Below, one piece after another: positions 29,262 to 39,071 of a stretch of 64,000 nucleotides of DNA (position 1 is its first letter; each line of letters begins with the position of its first letter). The DNA comes from a virus: IMG/VR virus record IMGVR_UViG_3300050821_000359, positions 3,265 through 67,264 of that record. The stretch is one strand, 5' to 3'. The notes below the pieces were generated by a model. It made no database searches and was not told where the DNA came from. It saw only the letters and a list, made by a program, of their open reading frames with translations. Position numbers and translations under genes: made by a program.

Positions 29262-30923
29262 TTAACTTCCGCATGTCCCGCCTTTCGTCCAATCGCATAC
29301 ATCGCCCTGTTCATAAAATATCTGCCCTTCATGCTTTAAGGCAGTCTTATAGCTCACGGTAGTAAGTGGTTGTCCACTCCTTGCCCCATCCGGGTAACAA
29401 GTAATCCCTCTTAAATCTGGCAAATATTTTAGCAGCATTGTACCGAACTCTTCTATCTTGTCCTCATTGTTTTGTGGACTTCCCCAAGCAGGAAGGTTAA
29501 GAGTACTGCTGATCCCATGATCGACAAACTTCTGCATCCATGCTTGAAAGGCTATCCGTTTCTCAGGAGTCTCGGCCAATGAGTAAGCGTCTTCAATACT
29601 ATCAACGTCTATGCCCTGATCTACTAATCTCTTGATAACTGGGTCTACTACGTACTGATACTGCCAATTCGTACCATTAAGGTATCTCCGTTTGTAAGCT
29701 GTGCAGAAGAACGGCTCAATGCCGCTGCTCGTTTCTGCTACGATCCCGATAGTTCCCGTAGGAGCAATCGCCCTAGTCTTGACAGACGGCGACAGGTTCC
29801 ATTTTAGTTCCCAATTAAGGGCGTATGAAGTACTTTCTTCATAAATCTTTAAGTAGTTCGCCAAGGACACATCGGGACCATATGGCTTGTCATGAGTTAT
29901 CAGCCATTCGTGCAGACCCATCAGCCCTAAACCTAGGCGACGGTTAAGTGTTCTAATCTCGTCTACCTTCGGATATGGGACATGAGAATAGACCGTTCCG
30001 GCTACTAATAGAGCAGTTCCAACTTCTACACATGCTCTCATGTCTTCTACTGTATGTATCCTAGCCATATTGATACTAAGTAAATTGCAAATATCCGAGT
30101 CATCGTAACTAGTAACTTCTGTACAGGCATTTCTTAATGTCTCTCCTGCGTTGCTGCCAGTATCTATTGAAAACCCCGGCTCTCCTGTCTTCAGCATCTT
30201 CCTTACAGTTGTCCAATAGACTTTATGAGAATGGTCGTGCTTGGGATGGTCCTTATCGTAATAGGCTTTGAAGAACTCATCATCAAGCCGTACACTGACA
30301 TTCGTGCCGTCCATAGGTGCAGGGAAGTTGTAGTCCTTAGCCTTCAGCGCCCGTACCTCTGGCGACCAATCTTTAATAGAAATGAATAGGAATATATCAG
30401 GATGGTCCCAACCTAATCCAGCCCAGATAGCAGATCGTCTCGATCCACCTTGCATGATTTGCCGTCCCGCATCATTTACGATTTCCATCAAAGCAGTCGG
30501 TCCCGTAGCTTCCCCGCCAGTGCGCCGGATTAAGGCTCCCTTCTCTCTAACACGCGAGTACTCGATCCCTATACCTGCTCCACTCATTAGCGCCATCCCA
30601 GAGTTGTGCATAATCTCTGACCAGCCTTCTCTACTGTCTTCTGCTCTTAATAGCAAGCAATTTTGAACTTGGTGGTAATCTCTGCCAGCAGCATATAAAT
30701 ATCTACCACCGGGAATAATTTGCCTGATAGCAATTCGATAAGTTAATTCGTCCTTTAGAGACTTAGGGGCATTAACTGCTGATAGTACATTATACGCTAC
30801 TCTTTTTGAAATCTCTACCCATGATTGTTGATCTTGTTTGGTCGGGAACTTCCCGTATTTTAAATTTATCACGTCCTGCGCAAACGCGCCGAACTCTAAT
30901 AGCTGTGGCTCTACTGGCCTCAT
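29262..30923 (-). CDS. nrdJ: class II (B12-dependent) ribonucleotide reductase
   Basis: PGGR.L, NC, GAGIG, RRSA, NACTE, CNL, RRLGLG, IAPTGT, SSGIEP, C-terminal Cys pair; no NrdB in window. Confidence 0.88.
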   Translation of the reverse strand: MRPVEPQLLEFGAFAQDVINLKYGKFPTKQDQQSWVEISKRVAYNVLSAVNAPKSLKDELTYRIAIRQIIPGGRYLYAAGRDYHQVQNCLLLRAEDSREGWSEIMHNSGMALMSGAGIGIEYSRVREKGALIRRTGGEATGPTALMEIVNDAGRQIMQGGSRRSAIWAGLGWDHPDIFLFISIKDWSPEVRALKAKDYNFPAPMDGTNVSVRLDDEFFKAYYDKDHPKHDHSHKVYWTTVRKMLKTGEPGFSIDTGSNAGETLRNACTEVTSYDDSDICNLLSINMARIHTVEDMRACVEVGTALLVAGTVYSHVPYPKVDEIRTLNRRLGLGLMGLHEWLITHDKPYGPDVSLANYLKIYEESTSYALNWELKWNLSPSVKTRAIAPTGTIGIVAETSSGIEPFFCTAYKRRYLNGTNWQYQYVVDPVIKRLVDQGIDVDSIEDAYSLAETPEKRIAFQAWMQKFVDHGISSTLNLPAWGSPQNNEDKIEEFGTMLLKYLPDLRGITCYPDGARSGQPLTTVSYKTALKHEGQIFYEQGDVCDWTKGGTCGS

Positions 30924-30961
30924 TCTTTCTCCGTAATGTTTACAACGTGTCCAAAGACACG

Positions 30962-30990
30962 AAAAGCCGGGTAACCAAAAGGCTACCCGG
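30962..30990 (-). terminator. terminator after tRNA-Thr
   Basis: CCGGGTAGCC-TTTT-GGTTACCCGG then CTTTT on the minus strand. Confidence 0.65.
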
Positions 30991-31016
30991 ATAAAACTTT
31001 TTATTATATTTATTTG

Positions 31017-31090
31017 TGGAGCCGAAGTCAGGAGTCAGACCTGAGATTACTGTTTACAAGACAGGGGTTTTATCGTTAAACTAATTCGGC
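31017..31090 (-). tRNA. tRNA-Thr(UGU), atypical T loop
   Basis: GCCGAA/TTCGGC acceptor, CTGT-CTTGTAA-ACAG anticodon arm, TCAGG-TCTGACT-CCTGA T arm, encoded CCA. Confidence 0.8.
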
Positions 31091-31585
31091 TTTAATTTCT
31101 TCTAATAGACTATTAAGATACTTTCCAGCGTGTGATCCATCCCCATAAATCTCTTCTCCGGGGTTAACAAAATCGCTGTCAAAGTGACTATGAATTCTTT
31201 TCAACAAGTCTTTTAATCTTTCGTTTTCTTCTTCTACAACAATACCAGTGTTAGGAATAACCTGAACAGCCCGGTCATCCCAAATTTCCAAGATGCCTAT
31301 GTCTTTCTCACAGGTAACTTCCAATCGCTGACCAAAATACTTCTCACACCAGTCTTCAATAGCTACTCGGCTTGCTAATGCTTCTCCTAACCTTCTTGGT
31401 GTGTCATCATGCCAAACTCTAGCAGTAAAAATCTTAACAATCTTTCCTTCTGCTAACCATTGTTTAACACGATTGACCATAGGCATAATAGGTTCCCCTA
31501 ATACACCTGCCCCTTTCCATTCAGTGTAAACTGCTAAAGTTTTATCAAAATCTACTGCTATAGATTGCGGGATTCTGTCAGTCAT
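31076..31585 (-). CDS. HAD-family phosphatase (PNKP phosphatase-like)
   Basis: IAVDFDKTL, KIFTAR, K, IWDDRA. Confidence 0.8.
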   Translation of the reverse strand: MTDRIPQSIAVDFDKTLAVYTEWKGAGVLGEPIMPMVNRVKQWLAEGKIVKIFTARVWHDDTPRRLGEALASRVAIEDWCEKYFGQRLEVTCEKDIGILEIWDDRAVQVIPNTGIVVEEENERLKDLLKRIHSHFDSDFVNPGEEIYGDGSHAGKYLNSLLEEIKAELV

Positions 31586-31594
31586 TTATTCCTT

Positions 31595-31668
31595 TGGCAC
31601 CGGGGCAAGGTAACGATCCTCAGTTTGAAGGGTCAAAGCCTTCCGTTTTACCATTAAACTAACCCGGT
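31595..31668 (-). tRNA. tRNA-Gln(UUG), atypical T arm
   Basis: ACCGGG/CCCGGT acceptor, GAAGG-CTTTGAC-CCTTC anticodon arm, encoded CCA. Confidence 0.8.
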
Positions 31669-31671
31669 ATT

Positions 31672-31746
31672 TGGTGGAGAATGAGAGAATCGAACTCTCA
31701 ACTTCGGCTTGCAAAGCCACTATTTTCCCGTTAGAACTAATCCCCC
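31672..31746 (-). tRNA. tRNA-Ala(UGC)
   Basis: GGGGGAT/ATTCTCC acceptor with G3:U70, TTTGCAA loop, GAGAG-TTCGATT-CTCTC, ACCA. Confidence 0.93.
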
Positions 31747-31940
31747 CACTATCTATCGACTTCAAACCCCGGAGGGCATCTTTCATAAACAGCGTGTTCC
31801 ATTTGTCTAGAAACATCAGATATAAAATAAGGTAAATGGTCATCATCCATTTTCATAAACTTTAACCAACGAGCATTACTAACTTTCTTTAAAGTAAGTA
31901 AAGCACTCATAATTTCATTATTTTCCAATGCTATTCCTTT

Positions 31941-32696
31941 CTAGTGAAATATTGCTACTAATGTTCCGATAACACCCGTTACTACACCCGCTCCGAACCA
32001 TTTAAGGCGACTTGCCCTTGCTTTGGCATTTACGGCGGCAACTTCATTCTTACATGTCTTGTCGGCTTCTGTCAAGGTTAAATTTAGACCAGCAATCTGT
32101 TTAGTTTGGTCGGCAATAACCACATTACCCTTGGACAATTCGTCTGTCAGATTGTTATTCTTAGTCTGCTCGTCTGCGTAGTTCTGCGTTAGTACAGGAA
32201 CTTCTTCTAATGTCTGTACAGTCTTAATAGATGCATTTTGGGTCAAAGTACTACCAGCAGAAGTAGCAGCTATTTCGGCTATTTGAAACCCTGCTAGATT
32301 GGCCCAACGTGCTTGTAAATCAGTTATTGGCAATGTAGCATCAGTTTGCTGCTGAGTTGATAGTCCAGTTGTCCGATTAGACTGACTTGTGCTCAACACT
32401 TGATTCTGCTTTGTAAGCGTATCGATTACGTCTTTGTATTGTGCTAGAGCAGTCGCTACTTGTGCCGATAACTGACTATTAGCTTCCTTCTGAGTGTTTA
32501 ATTGCTGCTGCATTAGAAGGAATTTCTGATTATCAGAGTCGGCTACGTGGTTTAAGAACTTTGTTAAAAACCATCCGGCAAACACTAATAGAACTATTAC
32601 AAATATTAATCCTTCGTGCGCTTTAATCCAACTCGGCGGATTTGTCAGTCCCGTTTGCGCTGGCGTAGGATTTGGATTTACTGTTTGATCCGACAT
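31941..32696 (-). CDS. membrane-anchored coiled-coil protein, spanin-like
   Basis: N-terminal TM, long heptad region, C-terminal hydrophobic WFGAGVVTGVIGTLV. Confidence 0.5.
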   Translation of the reverse strand: MSDQTVNPNPTPAQTGLTNPPSWIKAHEGLIFVIVLLVFAGWFLTKFLNHVADSDNQKFLLMQQQLNTQKEANSQLSAQVATALAQYKDVIDTLTKQNQVLSTSQSNRTTGLSTQQQTDATLPITDLQARWANLAGFQIAEIAATSAGSTLTQNASIKTVQTLEEVPVLTQNYADEQTKNNNLTDELSKGNVVIADQTKQIAGLNLTLTEADKTCKNEVAAVNAKARASRLKWFGAGVVTGVIGTLVAIFH

Positions 32697-32788
32697 TTAA
32701 TACTTCCTCTGTTGTACAGGGGAACCAAGATTTAGTACCCCAAGCCTCAAACGATGACCATTCGCTCTGAGGCGAAGGTCTAGATTCT

Positions 32789-32926
32789 TTACTTACCTTT
32801 TCCATTCTTTTTACCCTTCTTAGCAACATTTATCGCAATTGCGACGGCTTGGCGTTGTGGCTTACCAGCAGCCATTTCAGTCTTAATATTAGTTCCTACA
32901 TTCTTCTTACCCTTTAGCAGTGGCAT
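32789..32926 (-). CDS. small basic phage protein (45 aa), missed by the ORF track
   Basis: MPLLKGKKNVGTNIKTEMAAGKPQRQAVAIAINVAKK; AAGGAG RBS; matches the recalled MPLKKG..G.PQKQAVAIA pattern. Confidence 0.7.
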   Translation of the reverse strand: MPLLKGKKNVGTNIKTEMAAGKPQRQAVAIAINVAKKGKKNGKGK

Positions 32927-33413
32927 TCCTCTCCTTTTCAATCTCTAATTGCAAAATTGCTAACGCTCTCCAAGCTAACTTGGCAGCGTGTCTATGTCCA
33001 TCAATATCGACAGTGCCAACTTCTAATAGATGACGCATAAGTGTGTCTTCATGATCTTTACTTTTTTCTCGACTCCAGTGTAAAGGCTGTCCGGGATTAT
33101 GCTGGTCATTGCCAGCTTGCGACACTTTAGCAACCGCTACTAGAGCATCTGGAAAATACTTTAATACTCCAGAGTACAAAGGAATTTTCTTTCTGTCACT
33201 TGCATTCGTAGGTAAGTGTTTTCCTTCCTCTGGCTTTATATAAACATCCATACTTGGCACCGGAACGTTAGTAACGTTTATCTCTGAGCCGCATGTAAGG
33301 TAGTCTGAAATATTCTGATACATGCTAGAAGCTACTTCTATGGGTGTTCCGAGTGGATTAGCCTTTACATCATTTTTCAGTGTTTCTAAAATACGTTCTA
33401 CGTCTGGATGCAC
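32907..33413 (-). CDS. dATP/dGTP diphosphohydrolase-like (DUF5664-type) protein
   Basis: RK..PL, AL.AVAKVS..GN..H, W.R.KS.DH.D..MRH, H....AWRALA.LQ. Confidence 0.75.
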   Translation of the reverse strand: MHPDVERILETLKNDVKANPLGTPIEVASSMYQNISDYLTCGSEINVTNVPVPSMDVYIKPEEGKHLPTNASDRKKIPLYSGVLKYFPDALVAVAKVSQAGNDQHNPGQPLHWSREKSKDHEDTLMRHLLEVGTVDIDGHRHAAKLAWRALAILQLEIEKERNATAKG

Positions 33414-33429
33414 CTTTCCTCCAAAAGAT

Positions 33430-34710
33430 TTAATCTAATTCTGTGTATATAAATTCCGCAATTCTTCCAACCTCTTTATTCCATACAATAGCTTCCGCCT
33501 GTTGTAAATTTCCTAGCAGCATATTGGAAGCGTGCCAAGCGTCCGGTGGACATAAGGCTGAAAAAGTTCTAACACGAACTCCAAACTTTTCATCTACTTT
33601 CAGACCGTGCGTGTGACCAATGTGAATCTCTCTGAATAAAGAGTTACCAAATGACTGCGGCTGTTCTGTTGCCATCCATAGACCATAATCGGTCTTCTTT
33701 CCTTTATCTCCATGAGTAAATCCTAATAGTACTTTTCCCCATGTATAGAATTTATGAGGATTGGGCGAATTATCGATTTCCACATCCGGAAATGCGTGAA
33801 ACCAGCACTCTAAAGAGTCTCCAAGAGTAAACGTACTTTGGTTATCATGGTTGCCGGGGATTACTTTAACCTTTACCGGAGCTATTAATCTAAGTTTCTC
33901 AATAGTTCTTACAAGCATTTGACGGACAGCTTTATAAGTCTTAGGATAACGAGTGTCACTATTTACTAGTGTGCCTTTCGTTGTTTGAGAATTATAATCA
34001 TCTGAGTTCAGCAAATCGTTGCCTACACCCAATAATATCTCATCAAACTTGTACCCTGCTGCTCTATCGAGAATAGCGTCTACTGCTTTTTCATAAGTAG
34101 CGATTGCTTTCGGAGTATCGTAATCTGCATGTCCTGTCTCTCGCGACCATGCAAATTTCCCTGCATGTAAATCTGGTATTAGTAGTTCTAAAGAATTGCC
34201 AGATTGTCTGTCAGACCTAACAATAGGTGAAGGAATTCTTGCAAACTCTTTTGCTTCCCTCTTTAAATCTTCTATTTCAATCCGAGCGTCTTCTATAAAT
34301 TGCCGCTTAACAAAAGTTGCTTTAACTTGATAAAGAGGAAACGCCTCGCCTTCGCCATCAGAATTTTTATATCCCATTTCCCAAGCATTCGCAATAAATC
34401 TATCAACCGTCCACAGTTGTGTATCTATCTTAAACTTTTCAATCAATTCGTCAAGACTGTGAATGCGCGTCTTAGGTAACGTGACGGTCCAAGTATTTCC
34501 TTGCCATTCTTGTGTTTCAGGTTCTACAGTATGAATTTCCCCCGCAGATGCCACAAATTCTTTAAAACTTGTAAAATGTTTTGCAATAAACTTTTCTGAG
34601 AAAGAGCCGTGTTCTCTGTAATAATCTCTAGTAACTTTACCATTCTTTTCTATAAGCTTCTTTAAATCATCAATTAACGCCTGTCTAGATGTATCTACGT
34701 TTTCACTCAT
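33430..34710 (-). CDS. calcineurin-like metallophosphoesterase with N-terminal helical domain
   Basis: PDLH, GND, PGNHD, THGD, GHTH. Confidence 0.85.
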   Translation of the reverse strand: MSENVDTSRQALIDDLKKLIEKNGKVTRDYYREHGSFSEKFIAKHFTSFKEFVASAGEIHTVEPETQEWQGNTWTVTLPKTRIHSLDELIEKFKIDTQLWTVDRFIANAWEMGYKNSDGEGEAFPLYQVKATFVKRQFIEDARIEIEDLKREAKEFARIPSPIVRSDRQSGNSLELLIPDLHAGKFAWSRETGHADYDTPKAIATYEKAVDAILDRAAGYKFDEILLGVGNDLLNSDDYNSQTTKGTLVNSDTRYPKTYKAVRQMLVRTIEKLRLIAPVKVKVIPGNHDNQSTFTLGDSLECWFHAFPDVEIDNSPNPHKFYTWGKVLLGFTHGDKGKKTDYGLWMATEQPQSFGNSLFREIHIGHTHGLKVDEKFGVRVRTFSALCPPDAWHASNMLLGNLQQAEAIVWNKEVGRIAEFIYTELD

Positions 34711-34730
34711 CTTCCTCCATAGTTATATAC

Positions 34731-34759
34731 AGGATACCACAAGTCTATCGCTTTGTCAA
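34731..34759 (-). promoter_or_regulatory. sigma70-like promoter
   Basis: TTGACA-17 nt-TATCCT with TGn extension, then GGAGG RBS. Confidence 0.7.
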
Positions 34760-35092
34760 ATTTTTCTTTGGCTTAGGTTTTGCCCTCGCCGTAATGGTCG
34801 CCTGTTGCAGAAGGGCCGGAAATAAAAACGTCTTCATATCATTCCTAGTCTCTTTCTGTTCTGCTACTAGTTGTTCTGTCTGACTTTTTAGTTCGTGTCG
34901 TACTGTATCTAATTTGCTGCTAAGAGATGCATCTAAAGCTATAACATTGTTGCTAATAGTTGATAGTTTATCTTTAACCCAATAAACTAATTTAAAAACT
35001 CCCCATCCCAATCCCGCGATTGTGACAGCATCTTTTCCTATTGTAAACCAAGAAGCAACCGTTACTAAAGTGGTTGGATCGGCAAATATCAT
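34745..35092 (-). CDS. holin-like membrane protein
   Basis: TM segment, coiled coil, basic C-terminus; near lysis candidates. Confidence 0.4.
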   Translation of the reverse strand: MIFADPTTLVTVASWFTIGKDAVTIAGLGWGVFKLVYWVKDKLSTISNNVIALDASLSSKLDTVRHELKSQTEQLVAEQKETRNDMKTFLFPALLQQATITARAKPKPKKNLTKR

Positions 35093-35613
35093 AATTGTCC
35101 TTTATTTCTGAAGTAAGCTGTCATTCCATACCATTCTTCAAATGTAAAGGTGTCTCGCTTACCCATGTTACAACGTTTGCAGCAAACGGCTAAATTATCC
35201 TTGTGATAGCCTTTGTCATTGTCTTTTCTATCTAAATTATAGCCATAACCGTTCGTACTACACTCTTTCCATGTGACGGGCGCAGTACAGTACAAACAAT
35301 TAGTAACTTTAGTAAATTCTACAAACTCTTCATAAGTTAAGGTAAAATCTAGTTGACGCAAAGTAGTGTTATCCCGCTGCATCCTACGATATAGCGCCTC
35401 ATAGTCGCGCAAGCGATGGGGATGATTACACCCGCATCCTTTACTTCCTCCACTCTTTAATGTAGCCGATCTAATTACTTTTTCAATATTACTTCCACAC
35501 TGGCATTGACACAAAAACGCCGGTTGTCCTTCCCGTATTGATCTTTCTGATACATCTCTACGCAACACTAGCCAATTGCCGAATTGTTGTCCAGTTAAGT
35601 CTATATATTTCAT
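35089..35613 (-). CDS. HNH homing endonuclease, paralog of 8985-9533
   Basis: DLTGQQFG, CQCQCG, LTYEEFVEFTK, GYNLDRKDN.KGY...N...CC..CN. Confidence 0.85.
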   Translation of the reverse strand: MKYIDLTGQQFGNWLVLRRDVSERSIREGQPAFLCQCQCGSNIEKVIRSATLKSGGSKGCGCNHPHRLRDYEALYRRMQRDNTTLRQLDFTLTYEEFVEFTKVTNCLYCTAPVTWKECSTNGYGYNLDRKDNDKGYHKDNLAVCCKRCNMGKRDTFTFEEWYGMTAYFRNKGQL

Positions 35614-35618
35614 TTAAA

Positions 35619-36026
35619 TTATCTCAGCACAATTAACGAATTCATATCACAACATTTCGCATGAATGTCTAAATTACTAAGTATTTTTTCTTTAAACCAC
35701 AAATTGTCAACAGGTTTAGCACTATCTAGCCAATACATGCCGCCCTTTGCGTAGTCCATGCTACCGGCGTATATAGCTTCAACTTCGTGCAGAAGCCTAG
35801 TAAAGTCTGGTGCCCATATTTGAGGAATGTCGTTTGGCTGCTCGATAGTAGCAGAGTATTTGGGGATATTGTGGATAATTTCACTCCACGATCCCCAACC
35901 AACTCGTTGTCTATTAGCTAGAACACTCATGATAAGGCAACTACCTAAGTGCCCACCAAATACTTTTCCATGTCGCCAACCTGCTAATACTAATTGCGAC
36001 TTGTTGTAATCGTCCGGTCTTAACAC
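35619..36026 (-). CDS. SleB/Hydrolase_2-like cell-wall hydrolase candidate
   Basis: W R...G...V.ANR....W...I....YS...D.AKGG.Y pattern; position next to holin-like gene. Confidence 0.45.
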   Translation of the reverse strand: MLRPDDYNKSQLVLAGWRHGKVFGGHLGSCLIMSVLANRQRVGWGSWSEIIHNIPKYSATIEQPNDIPQIWAPDFTRLLHEVEAIYAGSMDYAKGGMYWLDSAKPVDNLWFKEKILSNLDIHAKCCDMNSLIVLR

Positions 36027-39000
36027 TAGTTCCCCCTGTTGTGTAATTTACTGGCGTAGTCGTCGGCATTATCAGGGTTATCAAATTTTCCTAGATTTTC
36101 TCCAGTTTTAAGATAATGCCGCCAAGCCTCTTTGAACATTGTTTTTTCTTCAGTACTTCCTTCTTCGGGCTTCTTCCCATCTGGAGTCAAAAACTTGCCG
36201 TTAACTACTGTAGGTACTAAAACTTCTCTACCTTTGTCGTCAGCAAACGAAGTTGAATATTCAGAGCTATGTGTACCGTCAGCATTTTGAACAGTAGGAC
36301 GGTTCCAAATTGGCAAATTACCCTTCTCAACTAGTCCTTTAGGATTAGAAATTGCCATGAAAGGATCGGGATGAGAAGGTTTAGTAGGGAAAGTACTACT
36401 AGATTTACCTCCCAACGAGTTATTAACACCCTGATAAACGCTAGTAGTAAAGTTATTAGCTCCTACTTGTGCTACTCTACCAGCCGCCTTAGCAACAGGA
36501 CTTTGTACAACGTTATTAAGGTTGCTAACCATTTTCCATGTGTTAGGATGATTAGCTATTCCTTCTATAATATTCTTGGCATACTGTGTGTTCTCTGCGC
36601 CGCCTGCTGCTAGAAGTCCAAGCATAATAGCCAACGGACTGTGAGCAGCACCGCCAACAGCAGCACCGGCAGCTAATCCCGGAGCAATTACACCGGCTTT
36701 AATAACATTCTTAACAGACTGTACCTTAGATACAGTTTTTAATAAATTATCATAAGCTTGTGAGGCTTCTGGAGTAGGTCTAAACAAACTATCTACTACT
36801 TCAGGAGAATTTCTTAAAGTGCCTACCCAATCTAGGAATTTTCCAGTATTTACCATACTAGGTTTACCCAAAGGACTGACAGCGGCTTCTCTAAGTTTGT
36901 TATCAAGAATAGCTTTACCCAACGAAGACATACCGTCAGGTCCAAGTGCTTGCGACAATTGCTGAACACGCTGCGGGTCTTTCATCAAAGTTCCCACATC
37001 GCCATTACCTAGAAGGTTAGACACAGTAGCCGCCACATCCTTTACTCGTTGCTGTGCTTCTGGTAAAAGTGTATTAGCTTCTTGCGCTTGCCTGACAGCG
37101 TTTTCTAATCCGCCAGCTTTCATTGTATTGCCGAACATGGCTTGGCGGACTTCAGGTTTAATCCCTATCCACTTGTTAATAAAGTTTTTGAAATTAAACT
37201 CACCAGTCTGCTTATCAATCGAATCGGCAGCTAATCTCTGTAACGACTGATCACTAATGCTGTCAAATGCTTTATCACCAATAGTTTGTCTTAGTGTGTT
37301 AATGTCGCCAACACTTGTACCGCCGCCCATCATTCTTTTAGCAACATCGTTCTGAGTGCCTGATAGAATAGCTTGTACGTCTTTATTCTTAAATCGGGCA
37401 ATGCCTTGTTTGTAGGCAGAATTCATATTGTTAAGAGTATCTATGGCATCCGGGTTTCCAGTTTTCTTTACAAGTTGTTCTACAGAATCATCGACACCCT
37501 GAATAAGTTTGTGATAAATATCTCTATCAGCCCTCTCTTCAGAACTTGCCCATCCTGTATTTCTAAGCCGCTCTCCTAGCTTGCGCCGAATTTCAAGCAA
37601 CTTGTCCATATCCATTGTAACAGGTTCTTTCTCTTCGGCAGGAACTTCTTCAGTATGTTCGACACCAGATGCATCAACCCATTTATCAACTTTGGGCGCT
37701 TCCTCTTCGGTAGCTTTTGCTAACTGATTGACCATTTGGTTAGCTTTCGCTGAACCGGGACGCGAAATAGATAGGGCCTTGTCTAATGGATGTGCAGCTT
37801 CTTCTGCATTTTCTGCTAAACTTTGAGCAGCTTTTTGTAAAGGACTTCCTTCAAATTCCACATTAGCGTTTTTAGTAAGATTCTTTAAAGAATTGGCACC
37901 GTTTACGTAGTTGCTCTGAAGCGTATCATGTGCGCCCTTAACAGCGGCTTGTGCCTGCGATGTAATAGCTGCATTATCAGGAGCATTGGCAGCTAGTGTT
38001 TGAGGAACCTGAGAAGCATTTTCTACCTGACCTTGCAGTTCGTTGGCAGTATTCGTAGCAGTCTTAGTAGGTTCTTGGAAAGCACTTTCGATAGAACTTC
38101 CTAATTGATTGTTAACTTCTTCTCCAGTCGGAGCATTGGCCGCAGTTTGTGCTAAACTGTTAGCAGCTTCCGCACCTTCAGCGCCTTTAGCCGCGAGTTG
38201 TCCGATCCCTTCCCCGGCTGCACCAAGCACACCACCAGTCGCAGCAGCAACACCAGCTTCGCCCGGATTTCCAGTATGGACTAGCGTCTGCCCACCCCCC
38301 ATCATAGCATCTTTAGCAGCCTTTAGTCCAAGCGTTAATAGACCGGCTAGTTTAGGATTGCTACCAACGGTTTTGGCAATTTGGGAAACTTGATTAGCAT
38401 GTCCTGCTACGTCAGCAACAGTTTCACCAGCTTTCATAGGAGCAGTGGCCATTTTTAAAAAGCCATCTGTTCCTATCCACTCTAATGCTTGTTCGCCAAT
38501 CGCACCAACGTTCTGCCAAAAACCTTTAGCGTCTCCTGAAGACTTTAACCACTGAGATGCATCATGGACAATTTGATAACCAGACGATTGCTTCATAGCT
38601 TTAGCTTGTTCTTGCCACGCTTGTTCTTGTTCGTCATCTGTTGCTTGTGGATGTGTAACTTGGTATTGCATTTTAAAATTCTGTCTATCAGAATCAGAAG
38701 GTTCCGATAGATAGTTTAAAATATTACCAGCAGCACCGGCAGCAGATTTAACCGCACCCGATACTGCATTACCAACAATGCTGTTTGATTGATTAGCAAA
38801 GTAATCTAATCCCTGACTCTTAGTAGCATCAGGAGCAGACTCTAAACCACTAGTAAGTTGCTGCATTCCAGTCTGTCCTACATTTGCTCCTTCTGGAATA
38901 GGTGTGCTATAATCATCGTTGCTAGTAACTTGTCCCTCATTAGGCAAGTTAACCTGACCTTGTTGTCCTAGCGTTGCCCCTTGGGGTATAGGTGTGCTGT

Positions 39001-39070
39001 AATCATCTGATCCGGCACTTGACCCTGTTTGAATTTGAGGATTCGGTTGATTCTGATCTAGCATGTTCAC
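36026..39070 (-). CDS. large internal virion/DNA-ejection protein
   Basis: 1014 aa, Ala/Gln/Gly-rich helical with hydrophobic Gly-rich stretches; last gene of the ejection block. Confidence 0.6.
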   Translation of the reverse strand: MNMLDQNQPNPQIQTGSSAGSDDYSTPIPQGATLGQQGQVNLPNEGQVTSNDDYSTPIPEGANVGQTGMQQLTSGLESAPDATKSQGLDYFANQSNSIVGNAVSGAVKSAAGAAGNILNYLSEPSDSDRQNFKMQYQVTHPQATDDEQEQAWQEQAKAMKQSSGYQIVHDASQWLKSSGDAKGFWQNVGAIGEQALEWIGTDGFLKMATAPMKAGETVADVAGHANQVSQIAKTVGSNPKLAGLLTLGLKAAKDAMMGGGQTLVHTGNPGEAGVAAATGGVLGAAGEGIGQLAAKGAEGAEAANSLAQTAANAPTGEEVNNQLGSSIESAFQEPTKTATNTANELQGQVENASQVPQTLAANAPDNAAITSQAQAAVKGAHDTLQSNYVNGANSLKNLTKNANVEFEGSPLQKAAQSLAENAEEAAHPLDKALSISRPGSAKANQMVNQLAKATEEEAPKVDKWVDASGVEHTEEVPAEEKEPVTMDMDKLLEIRRKLGERLRNTGWASSEERADRDIYHKLIQGVDDSVEQLVKKTGNPDAIDTLNNMNSAYKQGIARFKNKDVQAILSGTQNDVAKRMMGGGTSVGDINTLRQTIGDKAFDSISDQSLQRLAADSIDKQTGEFNFKNFINKWIGIKPEVRQAMFGNTMKAGGLENAVRQAQEANTLLPEAQQRVKDVAATVSNLLGNGDVGTLMKDPQRVQQLSQALGPDGMSSLGKAILDNKLREAAVSPLGKPSMVNTGKFLDWVGTLRNSPEVVDSLFRPTPEASQAYDNLLKTVSKVQSVKNVIKAGVIAPGLAAGAAVGGAAHSPLAIMLGLLAAGGAENTQYAKNIIEGIANHPNTWKMVSNLNNVVQSPVAKAAGRVAQVGANNFTTSVYQGVNNSLGGKSSSTFPTKPSHPDPFMAISNPKGLVEKGNLPIWNRPTVQNADGTHSSEYSTSFADDKGREVLVPTVVNGKFLTPDGKKPEEGSTEEKTMFKEAWRHYLKTGENLGKFDNPDNADDYASKLHNRGN

Positions 39071-39071
39071 C

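Noticed and set aside
29262-30923. Introns or inteins in RNR (also checked RecA, helicase, primase)
   Set aside because: Frames are continuous, with no intein splice motifs or size excess
31586-31846. 86-aa ORF
   Set aside because: Overlaps tRNA-Ala and tRNA-Gln on the same strand
32907-33413. Z-genome (2-aminoadenine) pathway suggested by the dATP/dGTP diphosphohydrolase-like gene
   Set aside because: No PurZ or associated polymerase in this window
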